64,000 bases of DNA from Balanoglossus misakiensis (taxonomy: Eukaryota; Animalia; Hemichordata): assembly GCA_040954595.2 (NCBI GenBank), contig CM082598.2:8509097-8573096 (forward strand). Direction: 5' to 3'. Each line of letters begins with the position of its first letter. Position 1 is the first letter of the stretch. Positions 1-13,600 of the stretch are shown piece by piece. Below the pieces are notes generated by a model, which saw only the letters and a program-made list of their open reading frames with translations, was not told where the DNA came from and did not search any database. The position numbers were made by a program, and so were the translations under genes.

Positions 1-3000
1 GAATTCAAAGAATGGTCACATAACAGGCCATGCTTTACTAAAAAGACTTATGTATAGTTTCAAGGGTTTGTTTTGGAATAATGAATTCTCTACAAGATTT
101 AAGTGGAACAGTCACAGAATGAAAACAAATATGGAAAGAGTTATGCTGGAATGTTGTAAGAGATAGATTAATATTGCAAATAATTTTATTTCTTACATCA
201 TAAATGGAATTCAAAGAATGGTCACATAACAGGCCATGCTTTACTAAAAAGACTTATGTATAGTTTCAAGGCTTTGTGTTGAAATACCGAATTCTCTCCA
301 AGATTTAAGTGGAACAGTCACAGAATGAAAACAAATATGGAAAGAGTTATGCTGGAATGTTGTAAGAGATAGATTAATATTGCAAATAATTGTATTTCTT
401 ACATCATAAATGGAATTCAAAGAATGGTCACATAACAGGCCATGCTTTACTAAAAAGACTTATGTATAGTTTCAAGGGTTTGTGTTGAAATACCGAATTC
501 TCTCCAAGATTTAAGTGGAACAGTCACAGAATGAAAACAAATATGGAAAGAGTTATGCTGGAATGTTGTAAGGGATAGATTAATATTGCAAATAATTTAA
601 TTTCTTACATCATAAATTGAATTCAAAGAATGGTCACATAACAGGATATGTTTTACTAAAAAGACATGTATAGTTTCAAGGGTTTGTGTTGAAATACCGA
701 ATTCTCTCCAAGATTTAAGTGGAACAGTCACGGAATAAAAACAAATATTGAAATAGTTATGCTGGAATGTTGAAAGGGATAGATTAATATTGCAAATAAT
801 TTAATTTCTTACATCATAAATTGAATTCAAAGAATGGTCACATAACAGGCCATGCTTTACTAAAAAGACATGTATAGTTTCAAGGGTTTGTGTTGAAATA
901 CCGAATTCTCTCCAAGATTTAAGTGGAACAGTCACAGAATGAAAACAAATATGGAAAGAGTTATGCTGGAATGTTGTAAGAGATAGATTAATATTGCAAA
1001 TAATTTTATTTCTTACATCATAAATGGAATTCAAAGAATGGTCACATAACAGGCCATGCTTTACTAAAAAGACTTATGTATAGTTTCAAGGCTTTGTGTT
1101 GAAATACCGAATTCTCTCCAAGATTTAAGTGGAACAGTCACAGAATGAAAACAAATATGGAAAGAGTTATGCTGGAATGTTGTAAGGGATAGATTAATAT
1201 TGCAAATAATTTAATTTCTTACATCATAAATGGAATTCAAAGAATGGTCACATAACAGGCCATGCTTTACTAAAAAGACTTATGTATAGTTTCAAGGGTT
1301 TGTTTTGGAATAATGAATTCTCTACAAGATTTAAGTGGAACAGTCACAGAATGAAAACAAATATGGAAAGAGTTATGCTGGAATGTTGTAAGAGATAGAT
1401 TAATATTGCAAATAATTTTATTTCTTACATCATAAATGGAATTCAAAGAATGGTCACATAACAGGCCATGCTTTACTAAAAAGACTTATGTATAGTTTCA
1501 AGGCTTTGTGTTGAAATACCGAATTCTCTCCAAGATTTAAGTGGAACAGTCACAGAATGAAAACAAATATGGAAAGAGTTATGCTGGAATGTTGTAAGAG
1601 ATAGATTAATATTGCAAATAATTGTATTTCTTACATCATAAATGGAATTCAAAGAATGGTCACATAACAGGCCATGCTTTACTAAAAAGACTTATGTATA
1701 GTTTCAAGGGTTTGTGTTGAAATACCGAATTCTCTCCAAGATTTAAGTGGAACAGTCACAGAATGAAAACAAATATGGAAAGAGTTATGCTGGAATGTTG
1801 TAAGGGATAGATTAATATTGCAAATAATTTAATTTCTTACATCATAAATTGAATTCAAAGAATGGTCACATAACAGGATATGTTTTATTAAAAAGACATG
1901 TATAGTTTCAAGGGTTTGTGTTGAAATACCGAATTCTCTCCAAGATTTAAGTGGAACAGTCACGGAATAAAAACAAATATTGAAATAGTTATGCTGGAAT
2001 GTTGTAAGGGATAGATTAATATTGCAAATAATTTAATTTCTTACATCATAAATGGAATTCAAAGAATGGTCATATAACAAGCCATGTTTTACTAAAAAGA
2101 CTTATGTATAGTTTCAAGGCTTTGTTTTGATATACCGAATTCTCTCCAAGATTTAAGTGGAACAGTCACAGAATGAAAACAAATATGGAAAGAGTTATGC
2201 TGGAATGTTGTAAGGGATAGATTAATATTGCAAATAATTTTATTTCTTACATCATAAATGGAATTCAAAGAATGGTCACATAACAGGCCATGCTTTACTA
2301 AAAAGACTTATGTATAGTTTCAAGGGTTTGTTTTGGAATAATGAATTCTCTACAAGATTTAAGTGGAACAGTCACAGAATGAAAACAAATATGGAAAGAG
2401 TTATGCTGGAATGTTGTAAGAGATAGATTAATATTGCAAATAATTTTATTTCTTACATCATAAATGGAATTCAAAGAATGGTCACATAACAGGCCATGCT
2501 TTACTAAAAAGACTTATGTATAGTTTCAAGGGTTTGTTTTGGAATAATGAATTCTCTACAAGATTTAAGTGGAACAGTCACAGAATGAAAACAAATATGG
2601 AAAGACTTATGCTGGAATGTTGTAAGGGATAGATTAATATTGCAAATAATTTAATTTCTTACATCATAAATGGAATTCAAAGAATGGTCACATAACAGGC
2701 CATGCTTTACTAAAAAGACTTATGTATAGTTTCAAGGGTTTGTTTTGGAATAATGAATTCTCTACAAGATTTAAGTGGAACAGTCACAGAATGAAAACAA
2801 ATATGGAAATAGTTATGCTGGAATGTTGTAAGAGATAGATTAATATTGCAAATAATTTAATTTCTTACATCATAAATGGTATTCAAAGAAAGGTCACATA
2901 ACAGGATATGTATAGTTTCAAGGCTTTGTTTTGGAATAACGAATTCTCTACAAGATTTAAGTGGAACAGTCACAGAATGAAAACAAATATGGATAGAGTT

Positions 3001-3342
3001 ATGCCGGAATATTGTAAGGGATAGATTAATATTGCAAATAATTTAATTTCTTACATCATAAATGGAATTCAAGGAATGGTCACATAACGGGCCATGTTTT
3101 ACTGAAAAGACTTATGTATTGTTTCAAGGCTTTGTTTTGGAATAATGAATTCTCTACAACATTTAAGTGGAATAGTTACAGAATGAAAACAAATATGGAT
3201 AGAGTTATGCCGGAATATTGTAAGGGATAGATTAATATTGCAAATAATTTAATTTCTTACATCATAAATGGAATTCAAGGAATGGTCACATAACGGGCCA
3301 TGTTTTACTGAAAAGACTTATGTATAGTTTCAAGGCTTTGTT

Positions 3343-3471
3343 TAGAGAATAATGTGCCCCCCACAGACCCATAATGGACGAAAGCACACATTGTACGACA
3401 TAATATACGAGGCGAAGCCGAGTATATTATGGAGTACAATGTGTGCTTGAGTGGGGGGCACATTTTTCTTA
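3343..3471 (+). other. Terminal imperfect hairpin of the Crypton element
   Basis: ...GGAC GA AAGCACACATTGTAC GA CATAATATAC GA GGC GAA GCC GA GTATATTATG GA GTACAATGTGTGCTT GA GT..., closed by TAGAGAATAATGTGCCCCCC / GGGGGGCACATTTTCTCTA. Confidence 0.93.
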
Positions 3472-3804
3472 TTATTTTATAGTTTTGTCAATGCCAGTGA
3501 ATTTGCAGACGTCAAAAACATAAATAAAAACCCGTAGCAGCACTAACGCGAGCCGCCAGCATTCACTGTGGCCCTAAATCTGAATACTCAATACAGCCTG
3601 AAACACTGCACAACATCGTGAACATCCAACCGGGCTTTGATCCAATTGATCCAAACCCATACAATCACTTCCTACATAAACAATATGAAATCGACAGTAT
3701 CGAAAACAATTTTTATTGACATTAAACAACAATACCTTAAAATGCCGGAGATTGTAAAAACATTTGAAAATTCATGTAAAGTTCACAGATAAATTCGAAA
3801 AAAA

Positions 3805-5354
3805 TTATCCTTCAGTCATGTCCTTCGCGTTCGCGGGGGGTGCGGGATTACCTGACAAGGTCACGTATACGGGCGCTTGAAAGGTACAGTTCGCGAACAT
3901 ACTGGAGAGGTTATTGTGGCGGGACGCTGACATTGACGTCGAAACCACGGTTTGTTGATCTATGTTACATGGATTTGAAACCGGTTGTTGTCGTTGTTCG
4001 AGACTATTCTCGACAGGACCCGGCGGACAAAAAGCTTCACTGGATTTACCGGTGGCATGAGATTGGATTTCGCGAACACGACCGCGGCCGTTTCCATAAA
4101 TGCTGTCTGAGAGACACGACGACAGCTGACGTTGTTGGCCAGTGGAAGGTTGATTCGTGTAACTTTTGACGCTGGCTTCATTCACATGACCGCTAACGTA
4201 CATGATGTGACGTGTGTCAAATCCAGCATCATCGAGAAGTTTGCAGGTGGTGGCCCGGATACAATGGTTAGTGTACATCTTAGACAATCCTGCTTCCTTA
4301 CTCAGTGTTTTCATAAGCAAACCTAGGGTACATTCGCCAATCGGCGCGTTTACGTACCAGCAAGACTCTTCGGGGTTGAATGGGGATTTCGGGCGTTGAA
4401 ACAGTGAATTATTGGCAGGGTTTAATAAACCAATGTACTTTTGAAATGATGCAACAGGACAGCGGGGTGTTTTTGTCTCATACATTCTGGCGTGACAGGT
4501 GTAATTGTCGTCTGCACCACCGGCATGGTTTTTGACCTTTTCGTTGAACGTGTACTTCACGTATCGTTGACCGATGTCATCTCTTTCGATAACATAGGAA
4601 GACTTGGTCAAATTTCTTACACCTTCACGACCTCTTCTACCAAAGTGCAACATAAGGTCAAACCAAACTTTCCGTTGGAGTCCAACATTGCTCGCAACTG
4701 AAAATATCGGGGACGTCGAAAGCTTTGCTAAATCGCCGGTGCTGATAGGTTGCTTGTGGGTTGTCGTATCTTTCCCTTCTTGCTTCTTAGTTTTGATGAC
4801 ACCACGGAAAACGTAATTCGCGACTTGGAATTCCCTATCGTGCATAATATTGATTTTACGGTGGGAAGGGGGGCCGGTAATATGACGATGGAGCGAAGCG
4901 CGCAAACCGGATATTGATAATTTGCCGTATTCTTGGCCATCTTGCTTACGGGTCGATGCGTAAAATTCGCGGAGGCGCTCTGCTAGCTGATCTACAGGAA
5001 GATGTTCAAAATCGCCTGAATATTTCTTAAAATCCAGCCATTCTACAAAGAAAACAAGCAAAATAAAGTCACGAACCTGAAGATTTCGTTAGATTTCATT
5101 TTTTAAAAATAAGGATTTAGTATTTGACCTCGAGAAAAATTTGCATACGTAAACAAAGCCCTCCGTAACTTGGCTAGGCTGCGACTCGGTTATAATAATT
5201 GTGTTACAAGACACAGTTCAGTCGAGAAAAATAAATTTTAAATACCTTTAAACACACGTACTCCCCACTTCGTTTGCTGTGTAGTCTTTTTCTCATTTCT
5301 AGCATTTTCAAGGTTGTTTAGTTGGTTTTCGTCAACATCAAGGAATCGAGCCAT
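3805..5354 (-). CDS. Tyrosine recombinase of the Crypton/DUF3504 (ZMYM/KCTD1/QRICH1-related) family; 2 exons, complement(join(3805..5042,5246..5354)), ~448 aa
   Basis: Exon 1 MARFLDVDENQL...TKWGVRVFK joins via a phase-1 GT-AG intron (5043-5245) to EWLDFKK. Catalytic set present: R (FGRRGRE), K (EKVKNH), HxxR (NHCIRAT), H (SGH), Y (SVKSY). No stops or frameshifts. Confidence 0.92.
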
Positions 5355-8300
5355 GTTGTATTCGGTGAACTGCGTTCTGTTTGTGTGCGAGCAGACGACG
5401 AGAAGACTACGTCGCGCGCGTGTCGGTCGTGTTGGGCAGAAACAATTACACAAATCGCAGAAAATGTTTTTGGAAATTAATAATTGTCACCATTATTGGT
5501 TTTATTTTGTGATTTTACATATATTTTACCCCTTAATTTTCTAATTTTCTTGTAAACCTACGTTAGTCATCAGAATTGTATACATTATGCTAGTTCTTGG
5601 GCGCGTCCACTGTAATAACACGATACATTATCAGTAATAATGTATAGCTATGACGTCACAAAATTCACTGGTATTGATAAAGCTATAATATAATTTGGAA
5701 TAATGAATTCTCTACAAGATTTAAGTGGAACAGTCACAGAATGAAAACAAATATATAAAGAGTTATGCCGGAATGTTGTAAGGGATAGATAATAATCATA
5801 GTCACAGAATGAAAACAAATATTGAAATAGTTATGCTGGAATGTTGTAAGGGATAGATTAATATTGCAAATAATTTAATTTCTTACATCATCAATGGAAT
5901 TCAAAGAATGGTCACATAACAGGCCATGCTTTACTAAAAAGACTTTTGTATAGTTTCAAGGGTTTGTGTTGAAATACCGAATTCTCCACAAGATTTAAGT
6001 GGAACAGTCACAGAATGTAAACAAATATGGAAAAAGTTATGCTGGAATGTTGTAAGAGATAGATTAATATTGCCAATAATTTAATTTCTTACATCATAAA
6101 TGGAATTCAAAGAATGGTAACATAACGGGCCATGTTTTACTAAAATGACTTATGTATAGTTTCAATGGTTTGTGTTGAAATACCGAATTCTCCACAAGAT
6201 TTAAGTGGAACAGTCAAAGAATAAAAACAAATATTGAAATAGTTATGCTGGAATGTTGTAAGGGATACATTAATATTGCAGAAAAATTAATTTCTTACAT
6301 CATAAATGGAATTCAAAGAATGGTCACATAACAGGCCATGCTTTACTAAAAAGACTTATGTATAGTTTCAAGGGTTTGTGTTGAAATACCAAATTCTCTC
6401 CTAGATTTAAGTGGAACAGTCACAGAATGAAAACAAATATGGAAAGAGTTATGCTGGAATGTTGTAAGAGATAGATTAATATTGCAAATAATTTTATTTC
6501 TTACATCATAAATGGAATTCAAAGAAAGGTCACGTAACAGGATATGTATAGTTTCAAGGCTTTGTTTTGGAATAACGAATTCTCTACAAGATTTAAGTGG
6601 AACAGTCACAGAATGAAAACAAATATGGAAAGAGTTATGCTGGAATGTTGTAAGGGATAGATTAATATTGCAAATAATGTAATTTCTTACATCATAAATG
6701 GTATTCAAAGAAAGGTCACATAACAGGATATGTATAGTTGCAAGGCTTTGTTTTGGAATAACGAATTCTCTTCAAGATTTAAGTGGAACAGTCATAGAAT
6801 GAAAACAAATATGGAAAGAGTTATGCTGGAATGTTGTAAGGGATAGATTAATATTGCAACTAATGTAATTTCTTACATCATAAAATGAATTCAAAGAATG
6901 GTCACATAATGTGGGTATGTTTTACTAAAAAGACATGTATAATTTCAAGGGTTTGTGTTGAAATACCGAATACTCTCCAAGATTTAAGTGGAACAGTTAC
7001 AGAATGAAAACAAATATTGAAAGAGTTATGCCAGAATGTTGTAAGGGATAGATTAATATTGCAAATAATTTAATTTATTGCATCATAAATGGAATTCAAA
7101 GAATGGTCACATAACGAGCCATGTTTTACTAAAAAGACTTATGTATAGTTCCAAGGCTTTGTTTTGGAATAATGAATTCTCTACAAGATTTAAGTGGAAC
7201 AGTCACAGAATGAAAACAAACATGGAAAGAATTATGCTGGAATGTTGTAAGGGATAGATTAATATTGCAAATAATTTAATTTCTTACATCATAAAATGAA
7301 TTCAAAGAATGGTCATGTAACAGGATATGAATAGTTTCAAGGCTTTGTTTTGGAATAACAAATTCTCTACAAGATTTAAGTGGAACAGTCACAGAATGAA
7401 AGCAAATATGGAAAGAGTTATGCTGGAATGCTGTAAGGGATATATTAATATTGCAAATAATTTAATTTCTTACATCATAAATGGAATTCAAAGAAAGGTC
7501 ACATAACAGGATATGAATAGTTTCAAGGCTTTGTTTTGGAATAACAAATTCTCTACAAGATTTAAGTGGAACAGTCACAGAATGAAAACAAATATGGAAA
7601 GAGTTATGCTGGAATGCTGTAAGGGATAGATTAATATTGCCAAATAATTTAATTTCTTACATCATAAAATGAATTCAAAGAATGGTCACATAACAGGATA
7701 TGTTTTACTAAAAAGACATGTATAGTTTCAAGGGTTTGTGTTGAAATACCGAATTCTCTACAAGATTTAAGTGGAACAGTTACTGAATGAAAACAAATAT
7801 TGAAAGAGTTATGCCGGAATGTTGTAAGGGATAGATTAATATTGCAAATAATTTAATTTCCTACATCATAAATGGAATTCAAAGAATGGTCACATAACGA
7901 GCCATGTTTTACTAAAAAGACTTATGTATAGTTTCAAGGCTTTGTTTTGGAATAACAAATTCTCTCCAAGATTTAAGTGGAACAGTCACAGAATGAAAAC
8001 AAATATGGAAAGAGTTATGCTGGAATGTTGTAAGGGATAGATTAATATTGCAAATAATTTTATTTCTTACATCATAAATGGAATTCAAAGAAAGGTCACG
8101 TAACAGGATATGTATAGTTTCAAGGCTTTGTTTTGGAATAACGAATTCTCTACAAGATTTAAGTGGAACAGTCACAGAATGAAAACAAATATGGAAAGAG
8201 TTATGCTGGAATGTTGTAAGGGATAGATTAATATTGCAAATAATTTAATTTCTTACATCATAAATGGAATTCAAAGAATGGTCACGTAACAGGATATGTT

Positions 8301-10095
8301 TTACTAAAAAGACATGTATAGTTTCAAGGGTTTGTGTTGATATACCGAATTCTCTACAAGATTTAAGTGGAACAGTTACTGAATGAAAACAAATATTGAA
8401 AGAGTTATGCCAGAATGTTGTAAGGGATAGATTAATATTGCAAATAATTTAATTTCCTACATCATAAATGGAATTCAAAGAATGGTCACATAATGAGCCA
8501 TGTTTTACTAAAAAGACTTATGTATAGTTTCAAGGCTTTGTTTTGGAATAACAAATTCTCTCCAAGATTTAAGTGGAACATTCACAGAATGAAAACAAAT
8601 ATTGAAATATTTATGCTGGAATGTTGTAAGGGATAGATTAATATTGCAAAAAAAAATAATTTCTTACATCATAAATGGAATTCAAAGAATGGTCACATAA
8701 CGAGCCATGTTTTACTAAAAAGACTTATGTATAGTTTCAAGGCTTTGTTTTGGAATAACAAATTCTCTCCAAGATTTAAGTGGAACAGTCACAGAATGAA
8801 AACAAATATTGAAATATTTATGCTGGAATGTTGTAAGGGATACATTAATATTGCAAAAAAATTAATTTCTTACATCATAAATGGAATTCAAAGAATGGTC
8901 ACATAACAGGCCATGCTTTACTAAAAAGACTTATGTATAGTTTCAAGGGTTTGTGTTGAAATACCGAATTCTCTCCAAGATTTAAGTGGAACAGTCACAG
9001 AATGAAAACAAATATGGAAAGAGTTATGCTGGAATGTTGTAAGAGATAGATTAATATTGCAAATAATTTTATTTCTTACATCATAAATGGAATTCAAAGA
9101 ATGGTCACATAACAGGCCATGCTTTACTAAAAAGACTTATGTATAGTTTCAAGGGTTTGTTTTGGAATAATGTATTCTCTACAAGGTTTAAGTGGAACAG
9201 TCACAGAATGAAAACAAATATGGAAAGAGTTATGCTGGAATGTTGTAAGGGATAGATTAATATTGCCAAATAATTTAATTTCTTACATCATAAATGGAAT
9301 TCAAAGAATGGTCACATAACAGGCCATGCTTTACTAAAAAGACTTATGTATAGTTTCAAGGGTTTGTGTTGAAATACCGAATTCTCTCCAAGATTTAAGT
9401 GGAACAGTCACAGAATGAAAACAAATATGGAAAGAGTTATGCTGGAATGCTGTAAGGGATAGATTAATATTGCCAAATAATTTAATTTCTTACATCATAA
9501 AATGAATTCAAAGAATGGTCACATAACAGGATATGTTTTACTAAAAAGACATGTATAGTTTCAAGGGTTTGTGTTGAAATACCGAATTCTCTACAAGATT
9601 TAAGTGGAACAGTTACTGAATGAAAACAAATATTGAAAGAGTTATGCCGGAATGTTGTAAGGGATAGATTAATATTGCAAATAATTTAATTTCCTACATC
9701 ATAAATGGAATTCAAAGAATGGTCACATAACGAGCCATGTTTTACTAAAAAGACTTATGTATAGTTTCAAGGCTTTGTTTTGGAATAACAAATTCTCTCC
9801 AAGATTTAAGTGGAACAGTCAAAGAATGAAAACAAATATGGAAAGAGTTATGCTGGAATGTTGTAAGGGATAGATTAATATTGCAAATAATTTTATTTCT
9901 TACATCATAAATGGAATTCAAAGAAAGGTCACGTAACAGGATATGTATAGTTTCAAGGCTTTGTTTTGGAATAACGAATTCTCTACAAGATTTAAGTGGA
10001 ACAGTCACAGAATGAAAACAAATATGGAAAGAGTTATGCTGGAATGTTGTAAGGGATAGATTAATATTGCAAATAATTTAATTTCTTACATCATA

Positions 10096-10643
10096 CATCG
10101 TTGTGTTTACGCTAGAGCCAATATGCTCATACGTAGATTTAGTCATTGTTCACAACGTGTGAAATGTACGCTCTTTAAGAGTTTCCTGTACAGTATGTAT
10201 TGTATGAATGTGTGGTGTAACTATAACACCAAATGCATGTCAAATCTGAAAATTGCTTATCACAATGCACTGCGTTTGATCTTTGAACTGAAACGAGACA
10301 TTAGCATAAGTTACAATTTTGTCACAAAGGATATTATGAACTTTAGCTCGTTGCATCGCAAGTTGTTATACTCTCTTGCCACAAGACTTTTGAACAGTAG
10401 TAATGCTGTTGTATATGCCTGCACTCACTCTGACCTGTATTTCCATTCAAGATTTTGGAAGCACTATAGAAACATTCTGTACTAGGGGATGAGGACCGAC
10501 CTTCCACCCCCTCTCGCCACGACGTTGTAGTATTTTATTATTTTTTCTTCAGATTTTAATGTGTGTGTTCTTGTTTTTTACTTCTCTTGCTGTGTTTTTA
10601 TGGGCTACGAGCCTGAAATAAAGATTATTATTATTATTATTAT
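10096..10643 (+). mobile_element. 5'-truncated non-LTR retrotransposon (LINE, probably CR1/L2-group) 3' end
   Basis: ORF 10123-10485 resembles a LINE ORF2 C-terminus (KCTLFKSFLYSMYCMNVW). It is followed by a 3' UTR, AATAAA and an (ATT)n tail, and interrupts the satellite at CATCATA|AATGGAATTC. Confidence 0.85.
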
Positions 10644-13600
10644 AAATGGAATTCAAAGAATGGTCACGTAACAGGATATGTTTTACTAAAAAGACATGTA
10701 TAGTTTCAAGGGTTTGTGTTGATATACCGAATTCTCTACAAGATTTAAGTGGAACAGTTACTGAATGAAAACAAATATTGAAAGAGTTATGCCAGAATGT
10801 TGTAAGGGATAGATTAATATTGCAAATAATTTAATTTCCTACATCATAAATGGAATTCAAAGAATGGTCACATAACGAGCCATGTTTTACTAAAAAGACT
10901 TATGTATAGTTTCAAGGCTTTGTTTTGGAATAACAAATTCTCTCCAAGATTTAAGTGGAACAGTCACAGAATGAAAACAAATATTGAAATATTTATGCTG
11001 GAATGTTGTAAGGGATAGATTAATATTGCAAAAAAAAATAATTTCTTACATCATAAATGGAATTCAAAGAATGGTCACATAACGAGCCATGTTTTACTAA
11101 AAAGACTTATGTATAGTTTCAAGGCTTTGTTTTGGAATAACAAATTCTCTCCAAGATTTAAGTGGAACAGTCACAGAATGAAAACAAATATTGAAATATT
11201 TATGCTGGAATGTTGTAAGGGATACATTAATATTGCAAAAAAATTAATTTCTTACATCATAAATGGAATTCAAAGAATGGTCACATAACAGGCCATGCTT
11301 TACTAAAAAGACTTATGTATAGTTTCAAGGGTTTGTGTTGAAATACCGAATTCTCTCCAAGATTTAAGTGGAACAGTCACAGAATGAAAACAAATATGGA
11401 AAGAGTTATGCTGGAATGTTGTAAGAGATAGATTAATATTGCAAATAATTTTATTTCTTACATCATAAATGGAATTCAAAGAATGGTCACATAACAGGCC
11501 ATGCTTTACTAAAAAGACTTATGTATAGTTTCAAGGGTTTGTTTTGGAATAATGTATTCTCTACAAGGTTTAAGTGGAACAGTCACAGAATGAAAACAAA
11601 TATGGAAAGAGTTATGCTGGAATGTTGTAAGGGATAGATTAATATTGCCAAATAATTTAATTTCTTACATCATAAATGGAATTCAAAGAATGGTCACATA
11701 ACAGGCCATGCTTTACTAAAAAGACTTATGTATAGTTTCAAGGGTTTGTGTTGAAATACCGAATTCTCTCCAAGATTTAAGTGGAACAGTCACAGAATGA
11801 AAACAAATATGGAAAGAGTTATGCTGGAATGTTGTAAGGGATAGATTAATATTGCAAATAATTTAATTTCTTACATCATAAATGGAATTCAAAGAATGGT
11901 CACATAACAGGCCATGCTTTACTAAAAAGACTTATGTATAGTTTCAAGGGTTTGTGTTGAAATACCGAATTCTCTACAAGATTTAAGTGGAACAGTTACA
12001 GAATGAAAACAAATATGGAAAGAGTTATGCTGGAATGTTGTAAGGGATAGATTAATATTGCAAATAATTTTATTTCTTACATCATAAATGGAATTCAAAG
12101 AAAGGTCACGTAACAGGATATGTATAGTTTCAAGGCTTTGTTTTGGAATAACGAATTCTCTACAAGATTTAAGTGGAACAGTCACAGAATGAAAACAAAT
12201 ATGGAAAGAGTTATGCTGGAATGTTGTAAGGGATAGATTAATATTGCAAATAATTTAATTTCTTACTTCATAAATGGAATTCAAAGAATGGTCACATAAC
12301 GAGCCATGTTTTACTAAAAAGACATGTATAGTTTCAAGGGTTTGTGTTGAAATACCGAATTCTCTACAAGATTTAAGTGGAACAGTTACAGAATGAAAAC
12401 AAAAACTGGAAAGAGTTATGCTGGAATGTTGTAAGGGATAGATTAATATTGCAAATAATTTAATTTCTTGCATCATAAATGGAATTCAAAGAATGGTCAC
12501 ATAACGAGCCATGTTTTACTAAAAAGATTTATGTATAGTTTCAAGGCTTTGTTTTGGAATAACGAATTCTCTACAAGATTTAAGTGGAACAGTCACAGAA
12601 TGAAAACAAATATGGAAAGAGTTATGCTGGAATGCTGTAAGGGATAGATTAATATTGCAAATAATTTAATTTCTTACATCATAAATGGAATTCAATGAAT
12701 GGTCACATAACAGGATATGTTTTACTAAAAAGACATGTATAGTTTCAAGGGTTTGTGTTGAAATACCGAATTCTCTACAAGATTTAAGTGGAACAGTTAC
12801 AGAATGAAAACAAATATTGAATGAGTTATGCCAGAATGTTGTAAGGGATAGATTAATATTGCAAATAATTTAATTTCTTGCATCATAAATGGAATTCAAA
12901 GAATGGTCACATAACGAGCCATGTTTTACTAAAAAGACTTATGTATAGTTTCAAGGCTTTGTTTTGGAATAACGAATTCTCTACAAGATTTAAGTGGAAC
13001 AGTCACAGAATGAAAACAAATATGGAAAGAGTTATGCTGGAATGCTGTAAGGGATAGATTAATATTGCAAATAATTTAATTTCTTAGATCATAAATGGAA
13101 TTCAAAGAATGGTCACATAACAGGATATGTTTTACTAAAAAGACTTAAGTATAGTTTCAAGGCTTTGTGTTGAAATACTGAATTCTCTACAAGATTTAAG
13201 TGGAAAAAGTCACAGAATGAAAGCAAATATGGAAAGAGTTATGCTGGAATGTTGTAAGGGATAGATTAATATTGCAAATAATTTAATTTCTTACATCATA
13301 AATGGAATTCAAAGAATGGTCACATAACAGGATATGTTTTACTAAAAAGACATGTATAGTTTCAAGGGTTTGTGTTGAAATACCGAATTCTCTACAAGAT
13401 TTAAGTGGAACAGTTACAGAATGAAAACAAATATTGAATGAGTTATGCCAGAATGTTGTAAGGGATAGATTAATATTGCAAATAATTTAATTTCTTGCAT
13501 CATAAATGGAATTCAAAGAATGGTCACATAACGAGCCATGTTTTACTAAAAAGACTTATGTATAGTTTCAAGGCTTTGTTTTGGAATAACGAATTCTCTA

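Larger units (their letters stand above)
3343..5694 (-). mobile_element. Crypton-type tyrosine-recombinase DNA transposon, apparently full length (~2.35 kb)
   Basis: Interrupts one satellite monomer exactly (GGCTTTGTT|TTGGAATAATGAATTC) with no clear TSD. Contains a single YR gene, a terminal hairpin at 3343-3471 and inverted repeats at 3471-3514 / 5651-5694. Confidence 0.9.

Noticed and set aside
3805-5354. Phage integrase, bacterial contamination or DIRS retrotransposon
   Set aside because: It has a spliceosomal intron and DUF3504-type motifs, and no RT/RNase H or phage genes lie within the element boundaries.
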